The translations under genes and the position numbers were made by a program. This document shows, one piece after another, positions 20,614 through 31,098 of a DNA stretch of 39,607 nucleotides. The notes under the pieces were generated by a model that was given only the letters and a program-made list of their open reading frames with translations, made no database searches and had not been told where the DNA came from. Each line of letters opens with the position of its first letter. Within the stretch, counting starts at the first letter, position 1. Origin of the DNA: Thermoplasmata archaeon (lineage in GTDB: Archaea > Thermoplasmatota > Thermoplasmata > Thermoplasmatales > ARK-15); NCBI GenBank assembly GCA_039794005.1, contig JBAMMA010000007.1, forward strand, positions 1 through 39,607, given 5' to 3'.

Positions 20614-20640
20614 TGAAAATTACTAATTTATTCGGGTATA

Positions 20641-20841
20641 TTAAATTTTCCTATTTGATGGCCTTTTTGGCCTTGCACATATTGCTTGAAGATCTCCATC
20701 AAAAAATATTTCATAATTTTCATATTTTTTATCATTTTGAAATTCCGTCATCTTTTTAAAAAATTCCTCTACTGTTATTTCAGGATTATCTTTTAAGCTG
20801 AATAGAACTATTTTGTCTGTTTCTTTTTTATTTTCAACCAT
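20641..20841 (-). CDS. Small hypothetical protein (66 aa)
   Basis: Protein-like composition with an EIFFDGD..AICARPK segment; occupies an otherwise empty gap upstream of ssb. Confidence 0.7.
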   Translation of the reverse strand: MVENKKETDKIVLFSLKDNPEITVEEFFKKMTEFQNDKKYENYEIFFDGDLQAICARPKRPSNRKI

Positions 20842-20998
20842 ATACCCAATAAATATGAATTCAGATATACTATAAAAAAATATTGTTTAAAATTTATTTT
20901 ACTCCATAGATTACTTACAAAATAATAAAAATTTTTTAAAAATTATAAATTTATTAATAATCGAAATAAATTTTAACCATTATATCAATATCCATTTC

Positions 20999-21655
20999 AT
21001 GTATGGATTTAAATGCAAATTGGTATCATGGCACGATATAGAAAGATGGGTGGATGATATTATAAAGAAAATGGAAAAGGACAATTACGAACCAGAAGTC
21101 ATAATTGGAATGGCAAGGGGTGGAATTGTACCTGCTAGAATTGTCTCTGACAGATTCCAACAAAAAAATCTCTATACAATAAAGACGGAACATTGGGGTA
21201 TAACAGCGACCGTTGACGGACATGCAAAAATAGTTCAAGGATTGCCCGTGGATATAAATGGAATGGATGTCTTGATAATAGACGATATAACAGATACAGG
21301 CCAGAGCATGAAATTGGCGCACGATTATGTAAAATCTTTAAATCCAAAGTCCATTAAATCCGCAGCTCTACTTCACATAACAAGATCTATATTCAAACCC
21401 GATTACTATTCTCAGGAAGTGCATGAGTCTGATTGGGCCTGGTTTATATTCCCATGGAATGTTTATGAGGATTTAATGAATATTGTAAATAAAATTTTGG
21501 AAGAGGAAAAGAAAGTTTCATTGGAAAATGTTAAAGCAATATTAAAAAACAATTTCCATATAAACCCGGAGGAAGAAAAGATAAAAGAGGTATTAAGAAG
21601 AATGATAAATAAAAATATTATAAAATTTATGGATGGATTTTATGTAAAATTATAA
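20999..21655 (+). CDS. Type I phosphoribosyltransferase (purine PRTase-like)
   Basis: GMARGG; PRPP-binding VLIIDDITDTGQS; WFIFPW. Confidence 0.93.
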   Translation: MYGFKCKLVSWHDIERWVDDIIKKMEKDNYEPEVIIGMARGGIVPARIVSDRFQQKNLYTIKTEHWGITATVDGHAKIVQGLPVDINGMDVLIIDDITDTGQSMKLAHDYVKSLNPKSIKSAALLHITRSIFKPDYYSQEVHESDWAWFIFPWNVYEDLMNIVNKILEEEKKVSLENVKAILKNNFHINPEEEKIKEVLRRMINKNIIKFMDGFYVKL

Positions 21656-22000
21656 TGTTTTTTCAATAACCTCATTAAATTCCTTTTTAAATGTATTTAA
21701 AATTTCTTTGAATATCATTTCTTTTGTACTTGATGGCAGGGATATTAGTCCGAGCTCTGTCATGACCTTTACAAATTTCGTCTCTGCTATGGTCTCCATC
21801 ATTTTGGCCTCAATATATACTTTAATTGCATCATTTAATTCCTTTAAAATTTCAGGATTTTCTTTCAATTTTTCTAAGAGATAATTTTTTATATGTTCTT
21901 TTAAAAGATCTTTCAAAACTTCTACAAAAATTTCTTCACTTGGTAATGCGTTTTCTAAATTTTTTATAATATCATCTACATTCATGTTATAATGTAACAT
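21650..22000 (-). CDS. Hypothetical helical protein
   Basis: 116-aa ORF at the end of the TPR-ipk-fni-ZPR1 string; no recognised motif. Confidence 0.7.
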   Translation of the reverse strand: MLHYNMNVDDIIKNLENALPSEEIFVEVLKDLLKEHIKNYLLEKLKENPEILKELNDAIKVYIEAKMMETIAETKFVKVMTELGLISLPSSTKEMIFKEILNTFKKEFNEVIEKTL

Positions 22001-22020
22001 TAAAATACATTTAAATATTT

Positions 22021-22539
22021 TTATTCGGAATATTCTATCTTCGCCTTTTCACTGATTATTGCGCTATTACCCGTGGGATCATCTATCCTAAATGTTAATT
22101 TATCTAAACCTCTTCTCATATGAGCTATCTTTTTCATTTTTTCATATATTAATTTCTTTGTATTTTCATCGGAATCCATTAACAGCTGTTTCATTATATA
22201 CAAAATTCTCATCAGAACACCTTCAATATTAGATACAAACGATTCACCACCCATCACAGGCTCTATGGAAACACCAATTTCATCCACATATATTGATGCC
22301 TGTGAAGATCTTATAACCCTAACGTTTAAATCTTCTTCACCAGATGCCACAAACGTTATTTTGACATGTCCCCTATTCTCAAGAAATATGATATCTGTAT
22401 GCCTGAAACCACACGTGTAACATAAAGATGTAAATATGTTAATTTTTCCAAAAAAATTCAATTCTTCTTCTTCAATGTTTGTGTGAAGGGTTTCATTACC
22501 ACATATCGGGCACTTTTCTACATATTCGATTCCATCCAT
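22021..22539 (-). CDS. ZPR1-type zinc finger protein
   Basis: CPIC...FFG...CYTCGFR, RVIRS, SNIEGVL, DDPTGNS. Confidence 0.93.
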   Translation of the reverse strand: MDGIEYVEKCPICGNETLHTNIEEEELNFFGKINIFTSLCYTCGFRHTDIIFLENRGHVKITFVASGEEDLNVRVIRSSQASIYVDEIGVSIEPVMGGESFVSNIEGVLMRILYIMKQLLMDSDENTKKLIYEKMKKIAHMRRGLDKLTFRIDDPTGNSAIISEKAKIEYSE

Positions 22540-23573
22540 TCCTTCAGCCTTCCAGTTATTATGTATTTCTTTTTTGATAGTGCCTCGATGTTTTTTGATC
22601 CTGTTAAAAACATGGTGGACTTCAATTCTTCAATGATTAATAAAATCTCATTCTTAAGGCTTTCATAGCTTTCAGATGCATTCTTTAAAAGATTGGCAGC
22701 AATACCAGCAATATCTGCACCCATTATAATGGATCTTGCAATATCCAATCCATTTCTTATTCCTCCAGATGCTATTATCTTTGTGTTTACTTTCTTCACA
22801 GTATATACAGCGTATGGAGATGGAATACCCCAATCCCAGAATGTTTTACCCAGCCTTATTCCACGCTGATCATTTTTCTCCAGAGCACGATAATATTCAA
22901 CCGCAGCAAAGGAAGTTCCTGAAACACCTGATACATCTATTGCCAAGGTGCCCATCCTTTTTAATTTTAGAGCAGTATTATAATCAATTCCGGCGCCAGT
23001 CTCCTTTATTATCGTAGGAAAGTTTTTGCAAATTGACATTAATCGATTTTCAATACCCTTAGAATTTCTATCACCCTCTGGCTGGACGATCTCCTGGAGA
23101 AAATTAAAATGTATGGCGATGAAATTTGCATTTATAACATCAATTAAGTATGTTAGATCTTCATCCTTTATTGGATCTTCATTCTTTTGTTTTATTAATT
23201 GCGGTGCACCTATGTTAGCTATTTTTAGAGGGATATCATAATTCTTTACCACTTTGAAAGTATTTTCGACATCTTTGTTTTTAAGCAATACCCTCATGCT
23301 TCCAACGCCCATACCTATGCCAAGATCTGCTGCAACCTTTGCTATGTTTTCATTTATTTTTTCAGAGCCTGGAAATCCTCCTGTCATAGATTCGATTATT
23401 ATAGGATATTTCAATCTCCTCCCTAGGAAATCTACAGTGGTGTCAATTTCATCATAATCTACTTCAGGCATGCTTTGGTGTATTATTGATATGTCATCCC
23501 AATAATTGTAGTGCGATTTAACATCATTGTTCAAAACAATGTTAACATGATCAGATTTTCTATTTTCAATCAT
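22518..23573 (-). CDS. fni: Type 2 isopentenyl-diphosphate delta-isomerase
   Basis: RKSDHV, SMTGG, GVGS, NIGAPQL, HFNFLQEIVQPEGD, KETGAG, GTSF, WGIP, SGGIRNG. Confidence 0.97.
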   Translation of the reverse strand: MIENRKSDHVNIVLNNDVKSHYNYWDDISIIHQSMPEVDYDEIDTTVDFLGRRLKYPIIIESMTGGFPGSEKINENIAKVAADLGIGMGVGSMRVLLKNKDVENTFKVVKNYDIPLKIANIGAPQLIKQKNEDPIKDEDLTYLIDVINANFIAIHFNFLQEIVQPEGDRNSKGIENRLMSICKNFPTIIKETGAGIDYNTALKLKRMGTLAIDVSGVSGTSFAAVEYYRALEKNDQRGIRLGKTFWDWGIPSPYAVYTVKKVNTKIIASGGIRNGLDIARSIIMGADIAGIAANLLKNASESYESLKNEILLIIEELKSTMFLTGSKNIEALSKKKYIITGRLKEWMESNM

Positions 23574-24307
23574 GGTATCACCTTCGTTCCTATTACATCT
23601 TTATCATAAATTGCATTAAAAAGTCTTCCCTTTACATTTCCATTTATTACATACACGGGGATTTTCAATCTTATTAATCCATTAATAACCCTAAATTTAT
23701 TCTCCATGCCGCCTGTTACATCCTTCTCTTTTTTGCTAAATGATATTTCAACATGCCCTTCAATTTTTTCAATCAACTTGGCCCCTGGAATTCCAGGATC
23801 TTTATCAAATATTCCATCCACATCTGTAACAAATATGACCTTTTCGGGTTTAAAATATTTTGATAGATGATATACTAATTGATCACCAGAACAAATGCTA
23901 AGCCCTTTTTTTGGATTTAATATAATATCTCCAAAGGTAACAGGAACAAATTTGAATTCCAAGAATTTCTTAAAAATATTTACATTAAATTCATCACCTA
24001 CAATGTGAAATGAGTGAACAGGAAGGGATATTGGGTTAATACCATGCTCAATCAATTTCTCTAAAATTATGCTATTCAATTCTAAAACATCTTTTGAAAC
24101 GGTTGAAAAATATCTTTGATTGCCCGAAAGCCCATTGTTTAAATTATGCTCATCTGATAAATAATGTCCATATGAACCGGCACCATGTACAAGAATAAAA
24201 TCTTCCTTGGGTAATTCGCTTACAATATTGTTCAAGGTTTCCTCCTTTAATTTCTTGTATTTTGATTTGTCCGTTATTACTGATCCACCAATCTTTATTA
24301 TTAACAT
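23570..24307 (-). CDS. ipk: Isopentenyl phosphate kinase
   Basis: KIGGSVITDK, VHGAGSYGH, GDII...ICSGD, TDVDG, DVTGGMENK; coupled to fni. Confidence 0.95.
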   Translation of the reverse strand: MLIIKIGGSVITDKSKYKKLKEETLNNIVSELPKEDFILVHGAGSYGHYLSDEHNLNNGLSGNQRYFSTVSKDVLELNSIILEKLIEHGINPISLPVHSFHIVGDEFNVNIFKKFLEFKFVPVTFGDIILNPKKGLSICSGDQLVYHLSKYFKPEKVIFVTDVDGIFDKDPGIPGAKLIEKIEGHVEISFSKKEKDVTGGMENKFRVINGLIRLKIPVYVINGNVKGRLFNAIYDKDVIGTKVIP

Positions 24308-24320
24308 AATCGATCTATTT

Positions 24321-26291
24321 CTATAAAGATGCCAATTCAGGATATATATTTTTCAGATCGTTGAAATTGTCAAACTTGTTTGCCATTAACCAGAAATTTT
24401 TTGCAGCCATTAAATTGTTCATTTTTAAAGCAATCCTTGTTTTGTAGAACCATGCAATTGAATTTTTGAAATCCTTGGCCACGATGCCGTTTAAAATTTT
24501 CTCGGCATCACTATATTTTGAATTAACAAACAATGATATTGCATCCATAACATTCCCTAGTTTTTCATAAATTTCTTTCAGTTCATTAGGTGTAAATCCA
24601 GATTTTAATAAACTTTCAAGTGCTGGAATGAATATTTGCTTATTTTGTATATTGTTTAACAGTACTTTGTTTAAATTGTTTAAGAATTCTAGGTTGTCCC
24701 TAAACTTTATTGAAATCTCTCCAAGCTTTGGATTTTTTAATAATGCCTGTATTTCCTTTTCGTTCGGAGGCCTAATCTGTATTTTGACCTGTGGTTGTGC
24801 CTGCACCTTTTGCTCTTCGGGTTTAGCTGTTTGTTGCATTGGCGGCACATTTTGCATTTCCATCTTCTCTTCTTTTGGTATTTGTTCAGCTTTTTTAACC
24901 TCGACTACGTTTTTCTCTTCTACCTTTGGAGGTTCTGGCTTATTTTCTATAATATTTGCTTCCTGCTTTATTTCCTCTAGCTGAGGCTTTTGCTCTTCAG
25001 GTTTTGGCAATTCCTTTATTTCCTCAACTTTAAATGATTCTTTCTCTTCTTTTACTTTAATTTCTTCTAACTCAGACTTAACATTTTCCTTGCTCTGTGA
25101 TAGAGTTTCACTAAGCTTAATTTCTTCGAAAATTTTTTCTTCTTCTACCTTTTGTTCTTCTTGTTTAATTTCCTCTGTTTTTGTAATACCCTCTTTTTTA
25201 CCTTCCTCTTCTATTCCTTGTGGTTGTTCAACCTTAACTTCTTCATTTAGTTCGGATTTCTCCTGGGTTTCAATATTTATCTCTTCTTTTTGTTTTTCTT
25301 CTATATTTTCAGATTCAACTTTTTCTTGTTTTATAATCTCTTCTGGCATTATATTTTCAATTCCTTTTATATTACTTTCAGATGGAGATATTTCTTCAAA
25401 CAGATTACCCTTGTTATTTCCTGCACTTTCTGGTTTTATCTCTTCAAATAATTTATTTTCAGAACTCCTGTTACTAATCAATTCTTTTAAAATGTAAATT
25501 TCAGAATCGCTAGGCGCAATTTCAATCAATTTATCCAACGTATTTTTTGCCTCTGAAAAATTTTTGTTTTCTATTAATAACCTGATTTTTGTTTTTAGGA
25601 TTGAAATATTATCAGGAGCGAGTTCTAATGCCTTGTTAATATAGTCAAAGTTATTTTCAACAGATGCCAAATGGGCATATACCTCGGCTGCTTTTTGTTT
25701 ATCATTTATTTTACTATAATATTCTAACAATAAATTTAGGACCTCAACATCATTAGGATCTATTGATAAAATTTTCTCAGCTATATCTGCCCTGTGGGGA
25801 TCTTTTTTAAGTGCCTCCTTATAATATTTTTTAGCTGTATCAAGGTCTTTTTGAATTCTATATACATCACCCAATAAAACGTAAGTTTCTATATTTTCTG
25901 GATTTAATTCTAATGCTTTCTTTAAATTTACAGTTGCATAGGGAATTTGTATATTTAATGTAAGAAGAGTTTTTCCAATTTCAAACCAAGGTTTGAAATC
26001 GTTTGGATTTAATTCTTTTATCTTTTCAAAAAAATCAAATGCTTTTTCCTTATCGTTTAAATCAAATAATAGCCTTCCAGCCTCCCAGAGTATGTTTATC
26101 ACTTCATCTTTATTTTCATTTATAGATTGCTTTTCTTGCTTTGAAGCATCTTCTATCATTCTTAAAATTTTTCTCAAAGTAACACGAGCCTTTGTGGGAT
26201 CGACAGATGCATATCCTTTACCCTCCTCTAAAGTATCACGCAAAACTTGAACAAATGTTTTACTTGTGGATCGTTTTCCAAACAATGGCAT
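24321..26291 (-). CDS. TPR-repeat protein with long acidic E/K/Q/P-rich linker and C-terminal TPR-like domain
   Basis: TPR motifs (LKKALELNPENIETYVLLGDVYRIQKDLDTAKKYYKEALKKDP); central low-complexity region. Confidence 0.85.
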   Translation of the reverse strand: MPLFGKRSTSKTFVQVLRDTLEEGKGYASVDPTKARVTLRKILRMIEDASKQEKQSINENKDEVINILWEAGRLLFDLNDKEKAFDFFEKIKELNPNDFKPWFEIGKTLLTLNIQIPYATVNLKKALELNPENIETYVLLGDVYRIQKDLDTAKKYYKEALKKDPHRADIAEKILSIDPNDVEVLNLLLEYYSKINDKQKAAEVYAHLASVENNFDYINKALELAPDNISILKTKIRLLIENKNFSEAKNTLDKLIEIAPSDSEIYILKELISNRSSENKLFEEIKPESAGNNKGNLFEEISPSESNIKGIENIMPEEIIKQEKVESENIEEKQKEEINIETQEKSELNEEVKVEQPQGIEEEGKKEGITKTEEIKQEEQKVEEEKIFEEIKLSETLSQSKENVKSELEEIKVKEEKESFKVEEIKELPKPEEQKPQLEEIKQEANIIENKPEPPKVEEKNVVEVKKAEQIPKEEKMEMQNVPPMQQTAKPEEQKVQAQPQVKIQIRPPNEKEIQALLKNPKLGEISIKFRDNLEFLNNLNKVLLNNIQNKQIFIPALESLLKSGFTPNELKEIYEKLGNVMDAISLFVNSKYSDAEKILNGIVAKDFKNSIAWFYKTRIALKMNNLMAAKNFWLMANKFDNFNDLKNIYPELASL

Positions 26292-26424
26292 ACATCATAT
26301 TATAAAATATTTTATTTAATAAAATCTTCGATTTACACAAAAAATTTAAATCTCTTTTTTTATAATAAAGGATTTTTCTAAATTTTAATCATGTTAAAAA
26401 TTAAATTTTTAATTTTTATCATCT

Positions 26425-27213
26425 TTATTTTGGAATGTAATTCTTATTTTTTATTTCATATGCCATCGATAGGGATATTATTCTATCTTCGTACATGCTT
26501 TTGTGCATTTTCCCGTTATTGTAATAGTCTCTTACCTCTTTCAATGTGTTGAAATATTTCCTAAGATACTTTAAAGTGAAAATCACTCTTTTAAATTTAA
26601 TGTTCAATTGAATTTTTTCCTCTTTTCTCAAGATTTTCCTAAAATTCATTTTGTTCAGATTCCTTCCTGTCATCATTTCTTTTGAATTAACATATTCATC
26701 TATGCTCCATAAGAAAATCTATGAAATTTTCTGTTATTACATGTTAATACTTCCAAAAATTTATTATAAATCTAGATGCATCTTTTTTAATTGCAATTTA
26801 ATTTTTATCATTAAAATCAAATCAAACCATATTTCACATAATGTTTTCTCAATATACACATATCACCCATTTTATTTCATTTTTATTCATTTTTCATTAT
26901 TATTCCTCTTCTTTAAATATCATATGTATTTTATTCTATGATATCTTTATTTTTTTCTTTGAGAGATTCCTCAAATGTAAATGATATTTAAGAGGATTCT
27001 TTTCCCATGATATATACTAAAATTTTAATTTCTTCATAAATCTGATTCTTCCTATTTCTTTCATTTATTAATTTTCCTTCCAACATTTATTTAATGAATC
27101 ATATTCATATATCTTGATGGGATATTCCTGATCGGTGCAATTTTTGATAAACTAATTCTATTCTCCTTCTTCTAGATTATCCATTTAATTTTCTTCCGCG
27201 TGAATTTGACCAT
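26425..27213 (-). pseudogene. Decayed IS481-family transposase
   Basis: Fragments in the expected order across stops and frameshifts: MVKFTRKKIKWII*KKENRISLSKIA (HTH); KWV...IAIKKDASRFII...TEN (cf. IAYEDDASRFI); EYVNSKEMMTGR (cf. YGxPxEILTDHG); QLNIKFKR...DYYNNGKMHKSM (cf. QxNGKxER...YYNxxRPHxSL). No terminal repeats recognised. Confidence 0.75.
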
Positions 27214-27300
27214 TAAATGAATGGAATTACAATGATGTAAATGATATACCGTAAAATATGGGAATTATTGTTTAATACCAGAATCATCTCTTTAATTTGA

Positions 27301-27343
27301 AAAGATTTATATAGAAGTAGAATTTTATCAAAATATAGAGGTG
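27301..27343 (+). promoter_or_regulatory. TATA box and Shine-Dalgarno of the thermosome gene
   Basis: AAAGA-TTTATATA at 27301-27313; GAGGTG at 27338-27343. Confidence 0.6.
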
Positions 27344-27350
27344 GTTTTAA

Positions 27351-28982
27351 ATGATGGCTGGTCAACCAATATTGATTTTGAAGGAGGGTACAAAAAGGGA
27401 AACAGGCAAAGATGCTATGAGAAATAACATTCAAGCAGCAATTGCAATTTCCGATGCAGTAAGATCAACCCTAGGTCCGAGGGGTATGGATAAGATGCTC
27501 GTTGATTCCCTTGGTGATGTTGTTATAACAAATGATGGTGTAACAATAATGAAAGAGATTGACGTTGAACATCCAGCTGCTAAGATGATGGTAGAGGTTG
27601 CAAAAGCACAGGACACAGAGGTTGGAGATGGTACTACAACAGCCGTTATAATTGCTGGTGAGTTGTTAAAGCAAGCTCAAACCCTTTTGGATCAAAACGT
27701 TCATCCTACTGTAATTACAACAGGATTTAGAATGGCTTCCGAGAAGGCAAAGGAAATTTTGAATGAAGTAGCAACAAAGATTGATATAAACGACGATAAA
27801 ACATTGATAAAAATTGCAGAAACTGCTCTAGGCAGTAAGAGCGCTTCAATGAGCAAAGATTTATTGGCCAAGATTTCAGTCGATGCAGTAAAGAGAATTG
27901 TTGAAAATATTGACGGTAAAATAGTTGCAGATTTAAACAATATACAAATTGTGAAAAAACAGGGAGGATCAATAGACGATACAAAGATTATCGACGGTAT
28001 TATTGTAGATAAAGAGAAGGCCCATCCAGACATGCCACAGATTGTCAATAACGCAAAAATTGCTTTACTAAATGTTGCATTGGAAATAAAAAAGCCGGAA
28101 TTTGACGCAAACATACAAATCAGGGATCCTTCAATGATCCATTCATTCTTGGAAGAAGAGCAAAAAATGATTAAGGAGATGGTTGAAAAAATTGCAAAAA
28201 CCGGAGCAAATGTTGTATTCTCACAGAAAGGCATTGATGATACTGCACAGCACTTCCTAGCAAAGAAGGGAATATATGCAGCAAGAAGGGTAAAGAAGAG
28301 CGATATGGAGAAGTTAGAGAAGGCCACTGGAGCTAAAATAGTAATGAACCTGGATGATCTAACACCAAACGATTTGGGATTTGCCGAAAAGGTAGAAGAG
28401 GTCAAAATTGGAGATGATCATCTAACATTTGTTACAGGATGCAAGAATCCAAAAGCAGTTTCAATATTGGTAAGGGGAGGAACTGAACACGTGGTGGACG
28501 AGATAGAGAGGTCCTTGCAAGATTCATTGCACGTTGTAGCTAAGGCCCTTGAAGATGGAAAAATCGTAACAGGTGCAGGTGCTGCGGCAACGGAAATTGC
28601 AATTAGACTGAGGGATTATGCATCCTCCGTTGGAGGCAGAGAACAGCTTGCAATTGAAAAGTTTGCAGATGCAATCGAGATAATTCCAAGAACCCTGGCA
28701 GAAAATGCTGGTCTCGATCCAATTGATATGATTATACAGCTAAGAAAAGCACATAAAGAGGGTCACAAGAACTATGGAATAAACGTATTCGAGGGTAAAA
28801 TAGAGGATATGTTTTCCAAAGGAGTCATAGAACCAATAAGGGTAGGACAGCAGGCCATTGACAGCGCAACAGAGGCAAGCGTCATGATTCTGAGGATCGA
28901 TGATGTAATTGCAAGCAAGGGAACATCATCCACAAAGCCACCGGAGAAGAAATCTGAGGAATCTGAATCCTCATCCGACTAA
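27351..28982 (+). CDS. thsB: Thermosome (group II chaperonin), beta-type subunit
   Basis: [23 protein letters not shown]; N-terminus MxAGQPI and a Ser/Glu-rich (not GGM) tail, as in the Thermoplasma beta subunit. Confidence 0.93.
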   Translation: MMAGQPILILKEGTKRETGKDAMRNNIQAAIAISDAVRSTLGPRGMDKMLVDSLGDVVITNDGVTIMKEIDVEHPAAKMMVEVAKAQDTEVGDGTTTAVIIAGELLKQAQTLLDQNVHPTVITTGFRMASEKAKEILNEVATKIDINDDKTLIKIAETALGSKSASMSKDLLAKISVDAVKRIVENIDGKIVADLNNIQIVKKQGGSIDDTKIIDGIIVDKEKAHPDMPQIVNNAKIALLNVALEIKKPEFDANIQIRDPSMIHSFLEEEQKMIKEMVEKIAKTGANVVFSQKGIDDTAQHFLAKKGIYAARRVKKSDMEKLEKATGAKIVMNLDDLTPNDLGFAEKVEEVKIGDDHLTFVTGCKNPKAVSILVRGGTEHVVDEIERSLQDSLHVVAKALEDGKIVTGAGAAATEIAIRLRDYASSVGGREQLAIEKFADAIEIIPRTLAENAGLDPIDMIIQLRKAHKEGHKNYGINVFEGKIEDMFSKGVIEPIRVGQQAIDSATEASVMILRIDDVIASKGTSSTKPPEKKSEESESSSD

Positions 28983-30194
28983 AATTTTTTTGGCTGCATT
29001 TTCAACCCTTTCAATTTCATTTTTTTCACAAGCAACCATCAAAGAATAATCGACCATTTTTCTATTTTTTATTGCCTTTACCAATGTAGATTCGTTTTCT
29101 AAAAAGGTTATTTTACCATTCTTATTTATTCTGATATCGTAGCTCTTTAACCTTTTATCTCCATTGTACAATTCTTGCAATGGAATATCAACTATAATTT
29201 TATTTTCATTGACACCAGAAAAATCGGATAGAATCTTTTCAATCCTTTCAGGTTCAAAATTCCTATATTCCTCTGGTATTGAATTTAATATTAAAACCTT
29301 TTTATATAATTTCCTGAACTTCAACCTCTCATAAATCTCTCTTTGAAATTTATCACCATTTTTTATAAAGTTTAATAGATCTGAATCGTTCATTTCAATT
29401 AATATTTTCCAATCTATATCCATGTTTCTTATGGCCTTTATGAGCATTAATTCAGCTATCCTGCTTGTTTTGTGAAAATATACAGAAGAGTACATTAATG
29501 ATCGTGCAACCATCAGACCTTCCAACGCTTCAATGCCCTTATGATCGAATACAAGCATGTTGTTATTTAGGCTCACTGTATTAAGTATTCTTGGAAGGTC
29601 TATAACACCGTAAGCCACACCAGTATAATGAGAATCTCTTATTAAATAGTCCATTTGGTCAGCATCCAGATCACCGTTTATAATGCTTTCAATTGCATAT
29701 TTTGATTTTCCAAAGGATTCTTCATCTATATTTGAAAATAATTTTATTATCTCATTTTTATCGATTCCGTTGCTCTCCAAAACATATGATAAACTATTTT
29801 CCCCAATTAAATTTTCGATCGTTATCTCTCCCCTTACAATCTTTTCACCAATTTTAACATGATCAAGACCAGTATGTTTTTTGAAAGTATTTTCAATTGT
29901 ATGGGAAAAAGGTAAATGGCCAATATCATGCACAAGTCCTGCTATTTTAAGCAATGTAATATCATGATCGTTTAAATTCAACCTTTTACCGATCTCTCCA
30001 GCAATATATGACACACCAAGTGAATGTTCCAACCTTGTATGATTAGCACCGGGAAAAACAAGGTAATTAAAACCCAACTGCCTTATACCATTCAACCTTT
30101 GAAACTCTGGTGTCTCAACTATTGAAAGCATTGGCTCCTCGATCTTTATCGAACCATGTACGGAATCGTGTATTATTTTATATTCTCCGCCCAT
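28971..30194 (-). CDS. HD-domain phosphohydrolase (SAMHD1/dNTP triphosphohydrolase-like)
   Basis: [50 protein letters not shown]. Confidence 0.92.
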   Translation of the reverse strand: MGGEYKIIHDSVHGSIKIEEPMLSIVETPEFQRLNGIRQLGFNYLVFPGANHTRLEHSLGVSYIAGEIGKRLNLNDHDITLLKIAGLVHDIGHLPFSHTIENTFKKHTGLDHVKIGEKIVRGEITIENLIGENSLSYVLESNGIDKNEIIKLFSNIDEESFGKSKYAIESIINGDLDADQMDYLIRDSHYTGVAYGVIDLPRILNTVSLNNNMLVFDHKGIEALEGLMVARSLMYSSVYFHKTSRIAELMLIKAIRNMDIDWKILIEMNDSDLLNFIKNGDKFQREIYERLKFRKLYKKVLILNSIPEEYRNFEPERIEKILSDFSGVNENKIIVDIPLQELYNGDKRLKSYDIRINKNGKITFLENESTLVKAIKNRKMVDYSLMVACEKNEIERVENAAKKILVG

Positions 30195-30232
30195 ATTTAT
30201 AATGAATAAAAAAATAACCTTTTAAATGTTTA

Positions 30233-30538
30233 GCCGGGCACACCGGCCTCGATTTCCTCGCAGGGTCCAGGGATACCTGCAGATATCTCAGCCCCGCACC
30301 CCTCTGAGCACCTAAGGTCCGCGTTACCGCTGCTCCCTTCCGGGCCTAACGGATTACCGCGGCAAAGATGCCGTTGCTTTCCTTTGAAAGCACGTGCATC
30401 ACCCTCGGTCCCAGAGGACAGGGCATCAACGACATTCTGCAGGGCTGGGATCCCTGCGATTCCACCTCGGCCGGCTGTCGCCCCCGCATCTAGACTTCGG
30501 GTAACAGGAGACGCCTAGCTCTCCCGGCCAAGCCCGGC
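30233..30538 (-). ncRNA. ffs: Archaeal SRP (7S) RNA
   Basis: GC-rich ~306-nt island; ends GCCGGGC/GCCCGGC pair as helix 1; helix 8 CCGTTAGGCCCGGAAGGGAGCAGCGG at 30327-30352 with a GGAA loop. Confidence 0.95.
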
Positions 30539-31098
30539 AATAAAAATTATCCTTTCCTAATTAAAAAACTTTTTTATAATTATTTGATTAATTTCTAGAT
30601 TTTTAAATGTTTAAAATTATAATTTTTAATCACATAATGATAAAAACATGCATATCCCTTATACTTTCACGGGACTAGGAAATAACAATTGTGATTAAAA
30701 TGTTGTTGTGGATGCAAAACAAAATTTATAAATATAATGATTGCTGACATAGGTAATTTCAGCATATATGTAAATAATATATATTATTCGAAGTAAAATT
30801 CAACGTTAACACTTTTGGCTTAGAAGTCTCATTATTAAATTCTAGGTAATAAATTCCGTAGATAATTAAAAAGATAATGACATAAGTAAAGTTAAAATCC
30901 ATGAATGAAAGATGCATTGTATCTTGTTTATATTGCGATAAAAATTGTAATTCTAATATTCATAGTATTCTTGATAACATCATATATCCGTTTTATGAAA
31001 GCACTTTAATAAACAATATCAAAATATTGAGAAAACAGTTTATGAATCATATAACATAAAAAATTTAAAATATTGAAAATTCTTAAGACGTATATATT

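Noticed and set aside
28971-30194. HD dNTPase as an antiviral nucleotide-depletion system
   Set aside because: It sits between the thermosome gene and SRP RNA in a housekeeping context with no defence neighbours; this family is widespread in archaea.
30901-31059. Radical SAM gene from the CxxxCxxC motif
   Set aside because: Only 52 aa, bounded by stops, with no other radical-SAM motifs; probably chance or a relic.
30540-31098. Replication origin next to mcm
   Set aside because: AT-rich, but I found no ORB-like repeats (TCCA..GAAA with G-string) and no cdc6/orc1 gene in the window.
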